Assembly (NCBI GenBank): GCA_051362555.1 | Contig: CM120644.1 | Span: 20,172,534 to 20,236,533, forward strand | Source: Lingula anatina | Taxonomy: Eukaryota; Animalia; Brachiopoda | Length of the DNA stretch: 64,000 nt | Reading direction: 5' to 3' | Part shown: piece by piece, positions 61,574 to 64,000 of the stretch | Layout: each line of letters starts with the position of its first letter | How positions within the stretch are numbered: the stretch's first letter is position 1 | The notes under the pieces: model-generated | The model's input: the letters and a program-made list of their open reading frames with translations, nothing else | What the model was told of the DNA's origin: nothing | The model's database searches: none | Translations under genes and position numbers: made by a program

Positions 61574-63849
61574 GGGGGGGAGGGGTATGATGAAAGATAA
61601 AGGTCTGAGGATATTTTGTGAAACTGAGTTTCGGGTGTGGTTGGGTGTGTGTACTGGTACCCTTCAACATTGACAGGGTAAATTTTTTTATTTACGATAA
61701 ATGGCTCTCGATCATCTCCTTGAAGGCTTGTCGCCCGGGTGATTACAAGTACGCAAATAACCTGACATAAGGGCACAACTGCTTAATTCTCCCCCTTCAT
61801 AGAAAATTCGCGCTCCCGTTCTTGTCACAGTAAACGACAAAAGCCTCCAACAAGCTGTTACTGTCCATCTTTGAGTAGGTAGCGTTGAATACCATGCTTC
61901 TTCCACGAGGATCGTGACCACCTATCGAGTTCTTTCCCTCCTGTCATGGCGTCCTGAGTCAATGTCACTTGGACTTCGTCCTCTCTGAACAACAAATAAT
62001 ATTCCAGCAGGTAAGAGGATCAAAGACGCCTGGTTGTGTTAGAGATTCTGTGGCAAAGACAACGTTCCTGTAAGAGCCACACGCACAGTCGCTATTCAAA
62101 AATATGTCCCTATACCAACTTTATCCGCCCTATCTTGATTCTTGCCTCTTTTCGCCCTACAAAATTAGTTCAAGACAAGTAAAGATAGGCTACAGTGCGC
62201 TTGTTCACTTCCGTTTTATTCGTATTTAAAAGTAAACCCATTGAGTAGAATGTTCTGTGCTCTGTAATATTATTGTACAAGGTAATCTCGCTAAAATCTT
62301 ACATGAATAAGAATTAATATCATTTTAATATTGTAATTACGTATTTTCCTAGTTATTTATCCACTTTATGTAGTTATTAATGTAGTATTTACATGCGTTT
62401 ATTATGCATAGACATACAAGTAGTATAGATAGCCAACGTTGTTAACACGTAACATCAAATCCCGAGTAAATCATTATTAATGTAAAGAGCGGGGAACAAT
62501 GTCACGAAGGGGGATACTGAGGGAGAAGTCATACATATAAAGTCTCTGCAATATTATGCGTCTGGGAAGTATTTGAAGTCATACATTTTATATAACAGCT
62601 CGTCGAAAAAAGATTGGTATGAATCGGTAGAATTCCAAAATTGATTTCTTATGTTAAAGGTTCCTATATAAATAGGCCTATGTGTTTAATAGATTGAAAA
62701 GCTTAACAGAATATCTGCAATTAATTTCATTTGTTGATTTTGGTTATCCTTTTATCTTTTTTAATTTATTAATTCTGTTCTATACTGTGTCTATGTGAAG
62801 CGATGAGGCGTACCCTTGCGTATATATTATACATGTCTGCCCACAGACTTTAGGAAAAGTGCGCACAAAGCTTTCCGACCAAAGATACATAACATTTTAC
62901 TAAATCTCCACAACTGAAGCCGAGGTCATATTTTCCATTCAATGTTTGTACGCCACGAAGTGGTCAAAATACGGAAATAGGAATCTAGTGGGCCATATGC
63001 AATATATCCATATTCAATGCCCCTTGCCGTAAAATCTTTGCGGCTGCAAACAAACACAGGTAAATGCTCATTCCATTGACGCACTCAAGCAAACTGTAAC
63101 TGTACCTGGGTTGCGGATAGGTCGGTGCTTGGCCCGGGGGGGGGGGGGGGTAAGAGTATCAGGAGAATTTATTACTCCGCTAAAAATTGTGTTACAGGAT
63201 GCACGCACGCACATACACACACACACACACACATACAGTGAAGGCTGATTTTGTTATGTTGAAAACCAAACGGAAAAGCAATTATCTTTGTGGGTAGCTC
63301 ATTCTTCTGTCCAAAAGCTCCATCTTATAAATGAAGAATTTTTTTCAATTTTTAGTAATGTCTTGGGTAAATCTACTTTTATCGGCCTTGAACTCTTTTT
63401 CATCCCCTTCTCTTATTTAGTTATTTATTTATTTTCTCGGGTTATGTGGTTAATATGGGTGTTAGAGCTAAAAGATCTGCTGGTAGGGTAAGTTAACGCC
63501 TAATCCGTTTATAAGGCCTGGCAGCTCCTTGTCCTTGATCTTTGTTCATAACAAAATGTGCCACAGGCTGCGGTGTCTCGTTTATGACGCTGTCTCAACC
63601 ATGATTGTGACGGACTCCACAGAAATCACGCAATTGTGTTAGTGAAGACAACGTGAGACGGGGCTGGGGGAGTAAAGATGTTCTTCAAGTAATATTTCAT
63701 GGGTAGTGCTGGAAAGCTATTTTAGTGTAAGAGTTAATGTCGTAAATCTGACATATACTACGCGGTATATAATTTGAAAATGTGATGAAAACAACCGTCG
63801 ACAAAATAACCAGTGTTATAAGAAGAATGTACGGTTTGTGTGTTTGTGT

Positions 63850-63880
<31 letters not shown>

Positions 63881-64000
63881 GTCAAATATGATGACAGATA
63901 AAAGTCTGAGGAAATTTGGGGAAGTTGAGCTTCGTGTGTGCTTGAGTGTGTGTACTGATACCCTTCAACGTTTTCAGGGTTACAGCCTTCATATACGATA
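58925..64000 (-). repeat. Family-A patchwork array in reverse orientation; continues past the window end
   Basis: Reverse-complement core at ~59401, ~61292 and ~63592. Modules match the reverse complements of 12020-16610 and 22785-24231. Confidence 0.85.

Overview
AT-rich, intron-containing animal genomic DNA (invertebrate, probably lophotrochozoan/mollusc-like; this is inference). From left to right: a 46-bp satellite array (1-7591) with higher-order structure; a region of MITEs, transposon relics and patchwork repeats; a 5-exon gene for a mannose-6-phosphate-receptor-homology (MRH) domain protein (+, 18686-20837) with an in-frame P-element-type excision footprint and a remodelled C-terminus; TACO1 (-, 5 coding exons) head-to-head with NOM1 (+, 16 coding exons, one U12-type intron); a single-coding-exon LRR transmembrane receptor gene nested antisense in NOM1 intron 10; and a small secreted-protein gene (-, ~85 aa) that I could not assign to a family, with a TATA/Inr promoter, five tandem copies of one splice acceptor, and a Harbinger-type element inserted 10 bp from its TATA box. 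One modular repeat family lies on the + strand everywhere left of the TACO1/NOM1 block and on the - strand everywhere right of it. Exon structures were read by hand and checked for phase. No database searches were run.
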